DNA from: Syntrophobacter sp.
GTDB lineage: Bacteria; Desulfobacterota; Syntrophobacteria; Syntrophobacterales; Syntrophobacteraceae
Reading direction: 5' to 3'
Assembly: GCA_039679945.1 (NCBI GenBank)
Contig: JBDKTY010000067.1
Location: forward strand, 2,414 to 66,413
DNA length: 64,000 nucleotides
Part shown: positions 45,969 to 55,047 of the stretch, one piece after another
Numbering within the stretch: the stretch's first letter is position 1
Layout of the letters: each line of letters starts with the position of its first letter
Made by a program: the position numbers and the translations under genes
The notes under the pieces: model-generated
The model's input: the letters and a program-made list of their open reading frames with translations, nothing else
The model's database searches: none
Told to the model about the DNA's origin: nothing

Positions 45969-46007
45969 CCCGTTCGCCCCGAGCAGGGTATCGAAAGGGA
46001 GAACGGG
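45969..46007 (-). repeat. Inverted partial copy (core hairpin) of the structured repeat
   Basis: CCCGTTCGCCCCGAGCAGGGTATCGAAAGGGAGAACGGG matches the reverse complement of the copy-1 core (CCCGTTCGCCCTGAGGTATCGAAGGGTAGAACGGG). Confidence 0.45.
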
Positions 46008-46048
46008 CCAGTCCCCCCCCGGCCCAGGCGTATCCCCGGCGAAAGCCG

Positions 46049-47350
46049 CTAGTGCTTGAACGCCCGCTGCCCGGTCAGCACCATCGTGACATCGGCCTCG
46101 TTGCAGGCATCGATCACTTCCCAGTCACGCATGGACCCGCCAGGCTGGACCACCGCCGATATGCCCTGCCGGATTCCGACGTCCACGCCGTCCCGGAACG
46201 GGAAGAACGCATCGGACACCATGGAGGCGCCTTTCAAGCCGGCCTTGGCCCCGGCGGTCAAAGCGTCGATCTCCTCTTTCTCCTCCTTCGGACGCTCCCC
46301 CTTCTCTATCGCAAGCTCAAGCTCCTTGTAAGGCAGCCCGTATTTGTCAAAGCAGACCGCATCGGCGTATTTCTGGTAGGCCTTGTATACGGCGATCTCC
46401 GCGACTCCCACCCGGTCCTGCTCGCCCGTGCCGATCCCCACCGTGCATTCATCCTTCACGTACAGAACGGAATTGGACGTAACTCCCTGTTCGACAAACC
46501 ATCCGAACAGCAGATCGGCCATCTCCTTTTCACTCGGCTGACGCCGGATCTTGTGGATCTTGTCCTTGTAAGAGGACTCGGCCAGTTTGAAGTCTTCCGG
46601 TCCCTTTATCTTGTTGAGCGCGGACTGCTGCACGATCAGTCCGCCATCGATCAACGACTTGAAGTCCACGAATCGCTGGTTGATGTAATCGGCGAGCCGG
46701 TCCATCCTGGAGACCTGGATGATGCGAAGACTAGGCCTCTTTTTGAGAATGGCCAGGGAACCCTCGGCATAGTCGGGGGCGGCCACGACCTCGAGGTAAT
46801 TTTCGGATATCAGTTCGGCTGTCGTTTTGTCCACCGGACGGTTCAGCACGAGGCAGCCACCGAACGCCGCGATACGGTCGGCCCGGTTTGCGCGGTGGTA
46901 TGCATCGGCAAGACTTTTTCCGTAAGCCGCCCCGCAGGGATTGTTGTGTTTGAGGATGACGGCGGCCGGTTTTTGCATCAGATACTTAATGATATTCAGA
47001 CCGTTGTCGAGGTCCGTCAGGTTGATTTTTCCCGGATGCTTTCCTTCCTGCGGCATATCCTCTTCCCGGATGGCGCTGACAAGGCCCTTCCCCGGATCAA
47101 TGAACCCGCAGCCTCCAAGGGTCAGATTTCCGGACACCATCTCGTATAACGCGGCCTCCTGCCCCGGGTTTTCGCCGTATCGCAGCCCTTTTTCAATCAG
47201 CTCACCGGTTTTACCGTCCGGGAATTTCCATGATCTCTTACGATAGACCAATTCCTGGTCTCCGAAGGTGATTCGAAGCGAATCCGGGAAATGGTCCTCC
47301 ATAACTGTACGGTACATTTTCTTGAGATCCTCGGCCATCATCTCCTCCAT
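46049..47350 (-). CDS. purH: AICAR transformylase-type PurH homolog lacking the N-terminal IMP cyclohydrolase (MGS-like) domain
   Basis: ILKHNNPCGAA and C-terminal SDAFFPFRDGVD...VQPGGSMRD...LTGQRAFKH. The protein is only ~430 aa. The start is uncertain (47338-47350). Confidence 0.85.
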   Translation of the reverse strand: MEEMMAEDLKKMYRTVMEDHFPDSLRITFGDQELVYRKRSWKFPDGKTGELIEKGLRYGENPGQEAALYEMVSGNLTLGGCGFIDPGKGLVSAIREEDMPQEGKHPGKINLTDLDNGLNIIKYLMQKPAAVILKHNNPCGAAYGKSLADAYHRANRADRIAAFGGCLVLNRPVDKTTAELISENYLEVVAAPDYAEGSLAILKKRPSLRIIQVSRMDRLADYINQRFVDFKSLIDGGLIVQQSALNKIKGPEDFKLAESSYKDKIHKIRRQPSEKEMADLLFGWFVEQGVTSNSVLYVKDECTVGIGTGEQDRVGVAEIAVYKAYQKYADAVCFDKYGLPYKELELAIEKGERPKEEKEEIDALTAGAKAGLKGASMVSDAFFPFRDGVDVGIRQGISAVVQPGGSMRDWEVIDACNEADVTMVLTGQRAFKH

Positions 47351-47501
47351 TGGGTGGTTTAATACCCGCATTACTAGAACAGCCGACGGCCTGAAATCAA
47401 ATAAAACTTGCTCCCGGCGGCGATCGGGTAAATAATTCATGCTTCATAGCGTCTCGGGATATGAGGACTCACGCGGTTCCAACGGGCGAAAGGAGCATTC
47501 G

Positions 47502-48566
47502 ATGAGAGACTTCGAGGGGCTTGCATCGGCAACGCTGATCGCCAGCATGCCTCATAAGGACCGGGCAAAAGCAATCGAACTCGTTATGCGCTCCACGCCC
47601 CGGATTCCCGTCTGGCCTCAATTGACCTCCTACCCCGCCGAACAGATGATGGCCCAGTACATCGAGGGGCTCCCTGGGCTGGTGGAGGAAGAGGGCCGCA
47701 CTCTCGTCCGCGCGGATACCCCGGAATTCGACGAGGCGACCTACTCGTTTTATGAAGAGTACCTTGCCGTGGAAGACGGCTCTCTGGGCGTGGAAAATTC
47801 ACGATTCGCGATGGGCCCGGAAACCGGGGCATCCCTGCGCCAGTTCCTGGAAACGCTTGAGGGCTCATCCGCGCCTCCGCGCGCGGTCAAGGGCCAGGTA
47901 ATCGGTCCCTTTACCCTGCTCTCGGGACTCAAGGACCAGGATGGCCGCGCTCTTCTTTTTGACGAACGATTCCAGGACATCGTACCCAAGCTTCTCGCCT
48001 ACAAGTCCAAATGGCAGATCGAGATGCTCAAGAGGTTCGGGGTCCCCGTCATTATTTTTTTGGATGAACCGGGACTCGCCGGCTTCGGGTCCTCGGCCTT
48101 CATCACCATTTCCGCGGAGCTTATTCAACAGCTCCTGGCGGAAGTCGTCGAGGTGATTCATTCGGCGGAGGGACTGGCCGGAATTCACGTGTGCGCGAAT
48201 ACGGACTGGCAACTGGCCTTTAAATCCGGGTTCGATATCATCAACTTTGACGCGCACACCTATTTTGACAAGTTCATGATTTATAGGGAGGAATGCCTCG
48301 ATTTTCTGGCCCGTGGAGGCAACCTTGCCTGGGGCATAGTTCCCACGCTCGACCAGGACGCACTGGCGGTCGAAACAGTGGAGAGCCTTGCCCTGACATG
48401 GTCCGCCCAGGTAGCCGAGCTTGCCTCGGGAGATATGCCCGCCGGGAAGATTGTTTCTCAGTCGCTTCTTACCCCAAGTTGCGGCTGCGGCAGCCTGCCC
48501 GAGGCTTCCGCCGAGAAGGTGCTCGATCTGCTGAGCGGCCTTGCCGAAAGGTTTGAGGCTAAATAG
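47502..48566 (+). CDS. MetE-C-terminal / URO-D superfamily Zn-dependent methyltransferase-like protein
   Basis: Putative Zn ligands are IHVCAN (H-x-C) and TPSCGCGS. An AAGGAG RBS precedes the ATG at 47502. The family assignment is from motif memory only. Confidence 0.7.
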   Translation: MRDFEGLASATLIASMPHKDRAKAIELVMRSTPRIPVWPQLTSYPAEQMMAQYIEGLPGLVEEEGRTLVRADTPEFDEATYSFYEEYLAVEDGSLGVENSRFAMGPETGASLRQFLETLEGSSAPPRAVKGQVIGPFTLLSGLKDQDGRALLFDERFQDIVPKLLAYKSKWQIEMLKRFGVPVIIFLDEPGLAGFGSSAFITISAELIQQLLAEVVEVIHSAEGLAGIHVCANTDWQLAFKSGFDIINFDAHTYFDKFMIYREECLDFLARGGNLAWGIVPTLDQDALAVETVESLALTWSAQVAELASGDMPAGKIVSQSLLTPSCGCGSLPEASAEKVLDLLSGLAERFEAK

Positions 48567-48606
48567 AACCGTCCATGGATGGGCCCGCACCGGGGAGCTT
48601 GAAGGG

Positions 48607-48750
48607 TGATCACTCAATGGCCGTTCGCCTTGAGTGGAGTAAACCCCGCATGCGCGTGGCGAGGGCCTTAAGGTGACCGTGTTGAAGGCGAGCGCTCCTG
48701 GCGCGTTATACCCTTCGGTTCCCCGGGACGAAGGGGTCATTGAGTGATCG
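48607..48750. repeat. Diverged member of the structured repeat family (candidate ncRNA or REP element)
   Basis: Perfect 12-bp closing inverted repeat GATCACTCAATG (48608-48619) / CATTGAGTGATC (48738-48749). 3' hairpin CCCTTCG-11 nt-CGAAGGG (48711-48735) is in the same position as in the 128-nt unit. Confidence 0.45.
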
Positions 48751-48877
48751 TCGGCAGGCCCGAAAGCCCGCCCCTCACACTGCGGGGGAGGTTGCCCCTG
48801 TGTTTTGCCTGGTCTTGCCATGCGAATGCGGGGCTTATTATGCTCGGCATGAACGGGCGCGCGCGTGGGGGTGGTGC

Positions 48878-49108
48878 TCACTCACCCAGATCCCTGAGCC
48901 CGAGGTTTTCACGCTCCGCTTCGAGAATTTCGGCGACGTCGGTTTCACAGCCGGGCGCCATGGCAATGCTCACCAGCCCGAGGGCGGAATCGACGGTGGA
49001 TACCACTCCGATTCCGGGATAAGCCTCTATGATGAACCGCAGGTAGTGGATCTGGTAAGGGTCGATCAAATATTGGCGCACAATGCAATTGTCCGGGGGC
49101 GGTCCCAA
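48878..49108 (-). CDS. Small conserved hypothetical protein (DUF4911-like, 76 aa)
   Basis: TTG start 6 nt after an AGGAG RBS. The motif IHYLRFIIEAYPGIGVVSTVD recalls DUF4911 (from memory). Confidence 0.6.
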   Translation of the reverse strand: MGPPPDNCIVRQYLIDPYQIHYLRFIIEAYPGIGVVSTVDSALGLVSIAMAPGCETDVAEILEAERENLGLRDLGE

Positions 49109-49206
49109 AATTTTTCTCCTTTATTTGCGTTCGTTGCTATGATAGCAGACAACCGTTCAGAATACGAAACTTCAGCGGAAACCGCCAAGTTGGAGGATTT
49201 TCGACA

Positions 49207-50607
49207 ATGCTAACGAACCCGGCACGGTTTCGAATCGTTCTGTTCCTTGTTTTCCTTGCCGTCTTTTTCCCGTTTCACGGGGACACATCCGGCGTGGCCC
49301 TCGCCCAGTCACCGGGAAAATCCATCCCCATCTTCAGCCAGGGACAGGCGGTTGACGATCCCCAGGACAGCGCGAAAAGCCAGCAGCAGGCGGTCCAGGA
49401 CTTTATGGCCCAGGCCGTCATGCAGGCAGTCGGAAAATACCTGAGTCCGACGCAGATGGGCACACAATTTTCCGCGCTCCAGAAACAAATTCTCGCGCAT
49501 CCTCAAAAGTACATAGACTCATACCAGGTCTTTAGCCAGACACAGACGGGCGGGCTCTATCGTGTGACAGGCCAGGTATCGGTATCGATCGACGTGCTGC
49601 GCAAGGATCTGGAGGAAGCGGGCTTTCCCATAACGGAAACAGCCCGGGCGCAGGCGCCCGTGAAGGATGCTTCCAATCCACCGGCCTCCGGGGATAAACC
49701 CCAGGCGCCCGAAAGCACGGGCGAAACCGCGGCCGAAACCCGGGTGGCAAAGACGAACGAAGCGCCCAAGACCTCCGCGACCCGCGGACTCTCGGTCACC
49801 AAGAAAGAAATTCTCTGGGTGGTTTGCGAGAAGTGGGAACAGGACTGGGTGATACCAGCAAACAAACGGGACGCGCAGTCTCTATTCGCTCAGAGCATAA
49901 AACGGGAGCTTGACGACTACGATTACTCCCTCCTCTACGCGGAACCGGGTTCGGTGAAGGTGGACTATACCGGCAACATCCCACTGTCCCAGGTTGCCGC
50001 GCTTGCCCAAAGCCTTGGTGTCCAGCAGGCGGTTGTCGGAGCCGTGGCGCTGAAGCAGGAACGCAACAGGCCCGCAAAGCTTCAGATAAGCCTCCGCGTG
50101 CTGAAGGTGGCGGCAGGGAAAACCGAGGGGAACATCACCAGGGAACTGGGCATGGAGGAACTCTCCAACCAGGATGGAGCCTCTGAGCTTGCTTCCTGGG
50201 TGGCGCCCCAGTTGAACAGCCTCCTCGGAGCCGGTGAGCGCGAGCAAAAGGTCTCTTCCCCCGACGCCCCGGCCGGGCAGGCGGAACCCGCCACCACGGC
50301 GGCGCGGCAGGAAGGCCCCGCCCGCTGGACGATCAGCCTCCCCTCGGCCCAGTACGGGTACTGGAAAGAGGTGGAACGGGCGCTTCGCGAACAGTTCAAG
50401 AGCATGCAGGTGACGAGCCTCGAGATGGGCGCCGCGGAAGGGACCGTGCGACTCGATGGGGTGGACGGCAGCTTTATCTCCAGGATGAACGGCACATCAC
50501 TTCCGAGCGGAGCACTGGTCCGCATAGATTCCTATTCGGCGGAGACGCGGGAGATAAAGGTATCCTTCACGCCTCCCGGAGCAGTGAAGGCTGAGCCCAA
50601 ACAATGA
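49207..50607 (+). CDS. Secreted hypothetical protein (466 aa)
   Basis: N-terminal hydrophobic signal RFRIVLFLVFLAVFFPF and an Ala/Gln/Pro-rich linker. 4-nt overlap with pgsA. Confidence 0.8.
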   Translation: MLTNPARFRIVLFLVFLAVFFPFHGDTSGVALAQSPGKSIPIFSQGQAVDDPQDSAKSQQQAVQDFMAQAVMQAVGKYLSPTQMGTQFSALQKQILAHPQKYIDSYQVFSQTQTGGLYRVTGQVSVSIDVLRKDLEEAGFPITETARAQAPVKDASNPPASGDKPQAPESTGETAAETRVAKTNEAPKTSATRGLSVTKKEILWVVCEKWEQDWVIPANKRDAQSLFAQSIKRELDDYDYSLLYAEPGSVKVDYTGNIPLSQVAALAQSLGVQQAVVGAVALKQERNRPAKLQISLRVLKVAAGKTEGNITRELGMEELSNQDGASELASWVAPQLNSLLGAGEREQKVSSPDAPAGQAEPATTAARQEGPARWTISLPSAQYGYWKEVERALREQFKSMQVTSLEMGAAEGTVRLDGVDGSFISRMNGTSLPSGALVRIDSYSAETREIKVSFTPPGAVKAEPKQ

Positions 50608-51155
50608 CCATTCCCAACCTGCTGACGCTCAGCCGCATCCTGCTGACCCCCGTATTCGTGTGGCTCGTGCTGGAAAACAGGCTCACTTCAGCCCTGTTGC
50701 TCTTTTTCGTGGCCGGAATGACCGATGCGGCCGACGGGTTCATCGCCCGGTTTTTCGATCAGAAAAGCCGCTTCGGAGCGCACCTGGACCCCCTGGCAGA
50801 CAAGACTCTTTTGGTTACATCTTTTCTCGTGCTGTGCCATGTCGGGCTCATACCCGCATGGCTGGTGATTATCACCGTGGGACGCGATCTCATGATCGTG
50901 TCCGGTATCTGTACTCTTTACTGCATCGGCGTCAAACTGGAGATGCAGCCCCTTGCCTCCAGCAAGGCGACTACCTTCTTCCAGCTTTTCACCGTTTTCG
51001 TGATGCTCGGCTCCGACCTAGCGCCTCTGCCCGCGTGGATTTATACGGCTTTGTTTTTCGTCACGGCCGGTTTTTCCGTCTACAGCGGCCTGCGCTACTT
51101 CGGCATTGGACGGCAGCTTCTGTTGGAGCATCGGATAGTAAAATCCGGCCAGTAA
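50604..51155 (+). CDS. pgsA: CDP-alcohol phosphatidyltransferase (phosphatidylglycerophosphate synthase-like)
   Basis: DAADGFIARFFDQKSRFGAHLDPLAD matches the D-x2-DG-x2-AR-x8-G-x3-D-x3-D motif. Confidence 0.88.
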   Translation: MTIPNLLTLSRILLTPVFVWLVLENRLTSALLLFFVAGMTDAADGFIARFFDQKSRFGAHLDPLADKTLLVTSFLVLCHVGLIPAWLVIITVGRDLMIVSGICTLYCIGVKLEMQPLASSKATTFFQLFTVFVMLGSDLAPLPAWIYTALFFVTAGFSVYSGLRYFGIGRQLLLEHRIVKSGQ

Positions 51156-51206
51156 TGTTTTTCTTGACATACTCCCGCCACGCCGCTATAGATCCTAGAG
51201 TTTTGT

Positions 51207-51281
51207 AGGCACGTAGCTCAGTGGGAGAGCGCTACCCTGACACGGTAGAAGTCGGCGGTTCAAAACCGCCCGTGCCTACCA
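51207..51281 (+). tRNA. tRNA-Val (anticodon GAC)
   Basis: Cloverleaf folded by hand: acceptor AGGCACG/CGTGCCT, D arm GCTC/GAGC, anticodon stem CTACC/GGTAG with loop CTGACAC, T arm GGCGG-TTCAAAA-CCGCC, and an encoded CCA. Confidence 0.95.
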
Positions 51282-51487
51282 GCGCTTTTCAGGAAAACAG
51301 GAGCGAAATGGTCGGATTTATCCGGCTCGCTGGTTACCCGGACCCGGATCACAGCAGGAAGAGAACATTTCGGCACTGAGGGAAAAATTATTTCCGTCCA
51401 GGGCATCTTTCCAAATGATGGGGGTGCCTTTTTTTGTTTTCTCCAGTTGCTGCCATGCCCGCGCACGCGAGCGAACAGGAAGTGAAA

Positions 51488-53425
51488 ATGCAATCAGATC
51501 AAATTCAGGTCACTTTTCCGGACGGACGGCTTGAAACCGTTCCCAGAGGGATAAGCGTCAAGGAGGTACTCGCCGGGGTAAGGACCTCCCCGGACGGGTG
51601 GGTTGCGGCAAAGCTCAACGGGCAAATGGTGGACCTCGGCAAAACGATCGATGAAGATGCCACCCTGGAAGGCATCAAAACGGGGACGGACGCGGCCCTG
51701 GAGATCCTTCGTCACAGCGCCTCGCACATTATGGCCGAGGCTGTCAAATCACTTTTTCCGGAGGCGAAGGTTGCCATAGGTCCCGCGATCGAAAACGGCT
51801 TCTACTACGATTTTGACGTGGAGAGGCCATTCACCCAGGAAGATCTTGAAAAGATCGAGGTCAGGATGCGGGAGATCGTTTCCCAAAAACTCCCGTTCAC
51901 CCGTACGGATGTGGCGCGCGAAGAGGCGATCCGGACTTTTTCCGAACAGGGCGAAAAGTACAAGGTGGAACTCCTCAACGATATCCGGGACCCGATGGTT
52001 TCCTATTACCGGCAGGGTAATTTCCTGGATCTGTGCCGCGGCCCGCACATCCCGCACACGGGATTTCTGAAGGCGTTCAAACTTACAAGCGTCGCGGGCG
52101 CGTACTGGCGGGGCGACGAACACAACGCCATGCTCCAGCGCATCTACGGCACCGCCTTTTTCAGCATTGACGATCTCAAGAAGTACCTGAAGTTCCTTGA
52201 GGAGGCCCAGAGGCGCGACCACAGGAAGCTGGGAAAGGAACTCGACCTGTTTTCCTTCTCGGATGAGGTCGGGGCCGGCATGGTCATCTACCATCCCAAG
52301 GGCGCCCTGATCCGGCACATATTGGAGAGCTTCGAAAAGCGCGAGCACCTGCGCCGCGGATATCATATCGTAATCGGCCCGACCCTGCTCAAGACCGATC
52401 TTTGGAAGAAGTCCGGACATTTCGAGCATTACCGGGAAAACATGTATTTTTCCGAAATCGACGAGCAGTCATACGGCATAAAGCCGATGAACTGCCTGTC
52501 GCACATGCTGATATACAAGTCGAGGATACGAAGCTATCGTGATCTTCCTCTGCGTTTTTTTGAACTGGGCACGGTGCACAGGCATGAAAAATCCGGTGTT
52601 CTACACGGATTGCTTCGCGTCAGGCAGTTTACCCAGGATGACGCGCACATTTTGTGCATGCCGGACCAGTTGAACCAGGAAATAAAAGATATTCTTGATT
52701 TCGTCATCGAGGTGATGGGGATCTTCGGATTTGCCTACGAGATGGAGATCAGCACCCGTCCCGAGAAATCGATCGGGACGGATGAGGATTGGGAGCGCGC
52801 GACCAATGCGCTCATGGTGGCGTTGAACGAAAAGGGCCTCCCCTTCCAGATTAACGAGGGAGACGGCGCTTTTTACGGACCGAAGATCGATATCAAGCTC
52901 AAGGACGCGCTGGACAGGCGCTGGCAGTGCGCGACGATACAATGCGACTTTACGCTTCCCGAGCGCTTCGACCTCAGCTATATCGGGGCGGACGGCGCGA
53001 AACATCGCCCCGTCATGGTCCACCGTGTCATACTGGGTGCTATCGAACGTTTCCTGGGTGTTCTCATCGAGCACTACGCCGGGGCTTTCCCCGTATGGCT
53101 CGCCCCTGTCCAGGCGACGATCGTGACGGTTACGGATTCGCAACTGGATTTCGCGCGGGAGATCAGCCGCCAGCTTCAGGAGCGCGGGGTTCGGGTCGAA
53201 GTTGACATGCGCAGTGAAAAACTGGGCTACAAGATACGCGAGGCCCAGATGCAGAAGGTACCCTATATGCTCGTAATCGGCGACAAAGAGGTTGCCGAAG
53301 GCGCCATCGCCCCGAGAAAGCGCGACGGAACGCAATTGAGTCTCATGAGTCCGACTGAGTTTGCCGATCTGATCGAAAGGGAGTGCCTTGAAATGAGCAA
53401 GGGGCGGGTCGGCCTTGCCATATAG
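51488..53425 (+). CDS. thrS: Threonine--tRNA ligase
   Basis: TGS domain N-terminus IQVTFPDGR, editing-domain HSASHIMA, and class II motifs. I chose the ATG at 51488 after an AGGAAG RBS. Confidence 0.97.
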   Translation: MQSDQIQVTFPDGRLETVPRGISVKEVLAGVRTSPDGWVAAKLNGQMVDLGKTIDEDATLEGIKTGTDAALEILRHSASHIMAEAVKSLFPEAKVAIGPAIENGFYYDFDVERPFTQEDLEKIEVRMREIVSQKLPFTRTDVAREEAIRTFSEQGEKYKVELLNDIRDPMVSYYRQGNFLDLCRGPHIPHTGFLKAFKLTSVAGAYWRGDEHNAMLQRIYGTAFFSIDDLKKYLKFLEEAQRRDHRKLGKELDLFSFSDEVGAGMVIYHPKGALIRHILESFEKREHLRRGYHIVIGPTLLKTDLWKKSGHFEHYRENMYFSEIDEQSYGIKPMNCLSHMLIYKSRIRSYRDLPLRFFELGTVHRHEKSGVLHGLLRVRQFTQDDAHILCMPDQLNQEIKDILDFVIEVMGIFGFAYEMEISTRPEKSIGTDEDWERATNALMVALNEKGLPFQINEGDGAFYGPKIDIKLKDALDRRWQCATIQCDFTLPERFDLSYIGADGAKHRPVMVHRVILGAIERFLGVLIEHYAGAFPVWLAPVQATIVTVTDSQLDFAREISRQLQERGVRVEVDMRSEKLGYKIREAQMQKVPYMLVIGDKEVAEGAIAPRKRDGTQLSLMSPTEFADLIERECLEMSKGRVGLAI

Positions 53426-53625
53426 CGCGTAGTGCGCGGGCGGGTCGGCCATTATGCTATTTCTTTTCAAAACCTCCCATGCCCCCTTTTGAAACACGGG
53501 GGAAATTGTTAAAAGAGATATTTCGACGTGTGTTTCGGGTTTTCGCCGTCCCGCTTCATGCGCGAGCGGCAATTGATCCTTATGTAAGACACGAGCCAAG
53601 ACCTTTAAACAAGGAGGAACAAGCC

Positions 53626-54135
53626 CTGGAGAAACAAGCTAACGTGAACGAAAAAATCCGGGCGCCCGAAGTGCGGGTGATCGGACATGACGGACAGCAG
53701 TTGGGGATCTTGCCCGTAAGGAAGGCGATGGAGCTGGCTGCCCTGGAGCACCTCGACCTGGTCGAGGTAGCCCCGAACGCCGATCCCCCTGTTTGCAAGA
53801 TAATGGATTACGGGAAATTCAAGTACCAGCAGAACAAGCGGACTCAGGAAGCCAAGAAAAAGCAGACGGTAATCCAGGTCAAGGAAATCAAGATCCGTCC
53901 GAAGACGGATGAGCATGATCTGCTGGTCAAAATTAAACATATCAAGCGCTTTCTCGAGCAAAAAGATAAGGCGAAGATAACAATTCTTTTTCGCGGGCGT
54001 GAGATTGCCTACGCCGACCAGGGATTCAAGGTGCTCGAGCGCATCAGGGACGAACTCAAGGAAGAAATCGTGGTCGAACAGCAGCCGAAGATGGAGGGCC
54101 GCAACCTGATAATGATTCTGGCTCCCAAGACCTAA
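53626..54135 (+). CDS. infC: Translation initiation factor IF-3 (non-canonical start, probably CTG 53626)
   Basis: INEKIRAPEVRVIG...DLVEVAPNADPPVCKIMDYGKFKY. GGAGG at 53613-53617 lies 8 nt before an in-frame CTG. The nearest GTG (53644) is 26 nt away. Confidence 0.9.
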   Translation: MEKQANVNEKIRAPEVRVIGHDGQQLGILPVRKAMELAALEHLDLVEVAPNADPPVCKIMDYGKFKYQQNKRTQEAKKKQTVIQVKEIKIRPKTDEHDLLVKIKHIKRFLEQKDKAKITILFRGREIAYADQGFKVLERIRDELKEEIVVEQQPKMEGRNLIMILAPKT

Positions 54136-54161
54136 AAAATCACCGTGTCTCCCTTAATTTG

Positions 54162-54190
54162 TTGACTCTTCGGCAAGTCCTAAATAAACT
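54162..54190 (+). promoter_or_regulatory. Sigma-70-type promoter candidate for rpmI-rplT
   Basis: TTGACT, 17-nt spacer, TAAACT, followed by a ~200-nt leader. Confidence 0.45.
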
Positions 54191-54394
54191 ATGACTTTTG
54201 TGCCGTGGTGATTTCGGCGAGGGGTTTGTTTCGCGGTCCGGCCCGGAAACCCTTGCCCTTCTCGGATCGGCCGCCAGCTTGCGCGCTTTCGAGAAGCCCG
54301 TCTTGCATGGGTTTTCTTGCTTTTTTGTCTTGAAAGCACCCCCTCCCTAAAAGGGGTTTAAGTTCTAATTTTGAGCCAACGGAGGATACCTGTA

Positions 54395-54592
54395 ATGCCG
54401 AAGATCAAAACCAATCGCGCCGCCGCCAAGCGATTCAAAAAGACCGGAACGGGCAAAATCGTCCGCGCCAAAGCCTTCAAGAGTCATATTTTGACCAAGA
54501 AAAGCCCTAAGAGAAAGCGTGGCCTGCGCAGAGATACCGTCGTGAACGCAGTCAGCACGAAGTCGCTCCAGCGGATGCTGCCCTACCTTTAG
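54395..54592 (+). CDS. rpmI: 50S ribosomal protein L35
   Basis: [24 protein letters not shown]... with a GGAGG RBS. Confidence 0.95.
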   Translation: MPKIKTNRAAAKRFKKTGTGKIVRAKAFKSHILTKKSPKRKRGLRRDTVVNAVSTKSLQRMLPYL

Positions 54593-54690
54593 ACAGGTAT
54601 GGGGCGGGCCCTGCAGCCCGCCGATTCATCCGAAGACTGCATGAACGATCCCATTGCCGTTGAGTTATTAGATATTGACAGGAGATTCCA

Positions 54691-55044
54691 ATGCCCAGAG
54701 TAAAAAAGGCGGTGAAGTCGCGCGAGAGGCGCAAGAAGGTTCTAACCGCTGCCAAGGGATACCGCGGTGGCCGCGGCACCCTGATCCGTTCCGCCCTTGA
54801 GACAGTACAACGCGCACTCAAATTCGCCTACCGTGACCGTAAGGTTAAGAAGCGCGAATTCCGCAGCCTTTGGATAATGCGCATAAACGCCGCGGTACGC
54901 GAGCACGATTTGAGCTATTCCCGGTTTATCAACGGCTTGAAAAAAGCCAACGTCGATCTTGACCGCAAAGCGCTGGCCAACCTCGCTGTAAACAACCCGG
55001 AAGCATTTGCCGAATTGGCGAAAATTGCGAAAGAAGCCGCGTAG
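54691..55044 (+). CDS. rplT: 50S ribosomal protein L20
   Basis: [26 protein letters not shown]... Confidence 0.97.
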   Translation: MPRVKKAVKSRERRKKVLTAAKGYRGGRGTLIRSALETVQRALKFAYRDRKVKKREFRSLWIMRINAAVREHDLSYSRFINGLKKANVDLDRKALANLAVNNPEAFAELAKIAKEAA

Positions 55045-55047
55045 AAA

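Noticed and set aside
47351-47501. ZTP (pfl) riboswitch ahead of the purH-like gene, or a SAM-type riboswitch ahead of the MetE-like gene
   Set aside because: The divergent spacer is only ~150 nt and lacks the CCGCCTGGGC / GGGTCGTGAC-type conserved blocks. I saw no convincing SAM-family core either.
48567-48877. RNase P RNA, tmRNA, SRP RNA or 6S RNA
   Set aside because: None of the universal blocks I know are present. These are GGAAAGTCCGGGC for RNase P, the tRNA-like ends and tag ORF for tmRNA, and GGTCAGGTCCGGAAGGAAGCAGCC for SRP. The identity of the region stays open.
51282-51487. T-box or attenuator upstream of thrS
   Set aside because: There is only a weak hairpin followed by a T-run (about 51400-51440). 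I recognised no specifier loop or T-box sequence.
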